From: Toensbergia leucococca
Lineage: Eukaryota
Length of the DNA stretch: 64,000 nucleotides
Reading direction: 5' to 3'
Assembly (NCBI GenBank): GCA_022813965.1
Contig: JALDZS010000004.1
Span: 62,001-126,000, forward strand
Shown: piece after piece, positions 62,736-64,000 of the stretch
Layout: every line of letters begins with the position of its first letter
Numbering within the stretch: position 1 is the stretch's first letter
The notes under the pieces: model-generated
What the model was told of the DNA's origin: nothing
Seen by the model: the letters and a program-made list of their open reading frames with translations, nothing else
The model's database searches: none
Position numbers and translations under genes: made by a program

Positions 62736-64000
62736 TTTTTGGGCGGGAGGGAGGGAAGGAGTTTGAGTGAAGGGGGGTGGTGCTTTGGCGAATGCAGGGA
62801 TGATGTGCTTATGACCTTGGGAGCTGTGAGATTGACGCCGACAGTAGTGGAAGCTGTAATGATTGCAAAAGGGTGGTGGGATGCGATTCGCGGGCGGTGC
62901 TGTTTGTGACAGGTGGTTATGAGATGGACATGAGAAGGTCTTTTTGATTGGGAGTTGAGAAACGAAGTCTTGCGGTAGCAGGAGCTAAAAGCTGATAGAC
63001 TAGAATACTAGGCTGTATTTGGTTAGCGTTATCCAGATTGTTGATGATCTGATGGATGATGCTCGGGAATTGCTGTTTGAGAAGGAGACTCAGATAGCTT
63101 GATTGATGGGAAAGAAGAGATTGGTATCCATTCATTCGATGATGCTAGCATGAGTGAATCTGTCCTGACGAGTTCACTGGGCAGATATTTTCATTTGAGA
63201 CCGACGGAGAAGACGTCTTACTACAAGCCAATCATATTTCCACAGATGCCAAGACCAGCTGAAATAACATACTCTAGCCTCATGTCAGACTCTTGATTTG
63301 TACTCCAGGGCACGAAATGCTAAGGGCAAAGAGATCGCGATATCAGATTAACGTTGCGTGAATGATTCGGAGTCTGTCTGTTTCATGCGCCACTCGAGTT
63401 CCTTTACAATGACACACATAGGACCATATGGCGCTGAGCCATTTGTGTCACAAACATAGAGCATTGTTAATGGTTGAACGCCCGGAGGTCGTGTAGCACA
63501 TATGACCCGCTCACATTGGCTTTGAAACATAGTAACCATGAACGGCACACTCATAGATGAAGGAAAATTCTCAGAAGATAACTGGTCACTGGGATGCTAC
63601 GGTGGTAACGATTGGAAAGGTTCTGATCATTTGATGGCTTTATCTGTATGTTTCTGACGTGAGAGAAAAGGAGTGTGAACGTTCCCAGTACGTGAGAGCT
63701 ATTTGCTTTCAATCAGCGAGAGAATAGATTGTCTATCTCACAATCAGCTACCTTAGCTTCTTAGCCTTGGCCCTAAGGCTAACCCGAGAGTCGGGCTCTT
63801 TGGATTTAATGCTCGTGTTTGATTGTAAGGTAAGGTACCGAGGGTACCTTACCTGACATGCGTGCAAGGACCCTGGCGAGCATCTCGCATAGTTATATTT
63901 GACCCCCTCCGTCGAACGGGCCGCGTGCCAAAGCATTAGAGCAGGATTGATCGACATGGCACTACCGCCTTAGTCTGTCTTCATATTATGTTACTACCGA

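Noticed and set aside
62917..63296. Coding-like stretches upstream of TOM6 on both strands
   Set aside because: Short, interrupted by stops, with no recognisable motif or consistent splice model.
1..64000. tRNA, rRNA, TPP riboswitch, CRISPR array or transposase/RT/LTR element
   Set aside because: No cloverleaf or T-loop consensus, riboswitch core, repeat-spacer array or TE protein motif was found by eye; tRNAscan-SE, Infernal and RepeatModeler would be needed to exclude them formally.

Overview
Eukaryotic, intron-containing DNA from a filamentous ascomycete (Pezizomycotina). Introns are mostly about 45-100 nt GT-AG with CTRAC-like branch points. A lichen-forming Lecanoromycete is a guess, not a determination. 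I can support about 20 protein-coding genes: GT71 alpha-mannosyltransferase, FLC/TRP-like channel, FYVE-RING E3 ligase, Fmp42-like MFS transporter, amidase, a small 4-TM protein, LaeA-like methyltransferase, GFA/CENP-V protein, two Zn2Cys6 factors, molybdopterin synthase small subunit, Cyt-4/Dss1-like RNB exonuclease, Pmp3-family protein, an ankyrin plus unknown-domain protein, a Cys-rich microprotein, TinA/Msd1-like ADIP protein, Nup85-like nucleoporin and Tom6. The GFA and Tom6 genes are absent from the ORF track, and the Pmp3-family and methyltransferase genes appear only as fragments; all four were assembled by hand from short exons. The 40-47 kb segment is a decay zone holding an L-rhamnono-gamma-lactonase-like pseudogene and two independently inactivated tandem paralogs. 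The most striking unexplained structure is a set of about 10 short islands where composition flips from C/A-rich to G/T-rich, always with the same polarity, regardless of gene direction and even inside single CDSs. Other notable items are a 254-nt Tom6 intron with nested complementary segments, a 32-bp-stem intergenic hairpin, and a dispersed TACCT(T)/AGGTA intergenic motif. No tRNA, rRNA, CRISPR array or recognisable transposase was found. All family assignments come from motif recognition by eye, not from database searches.
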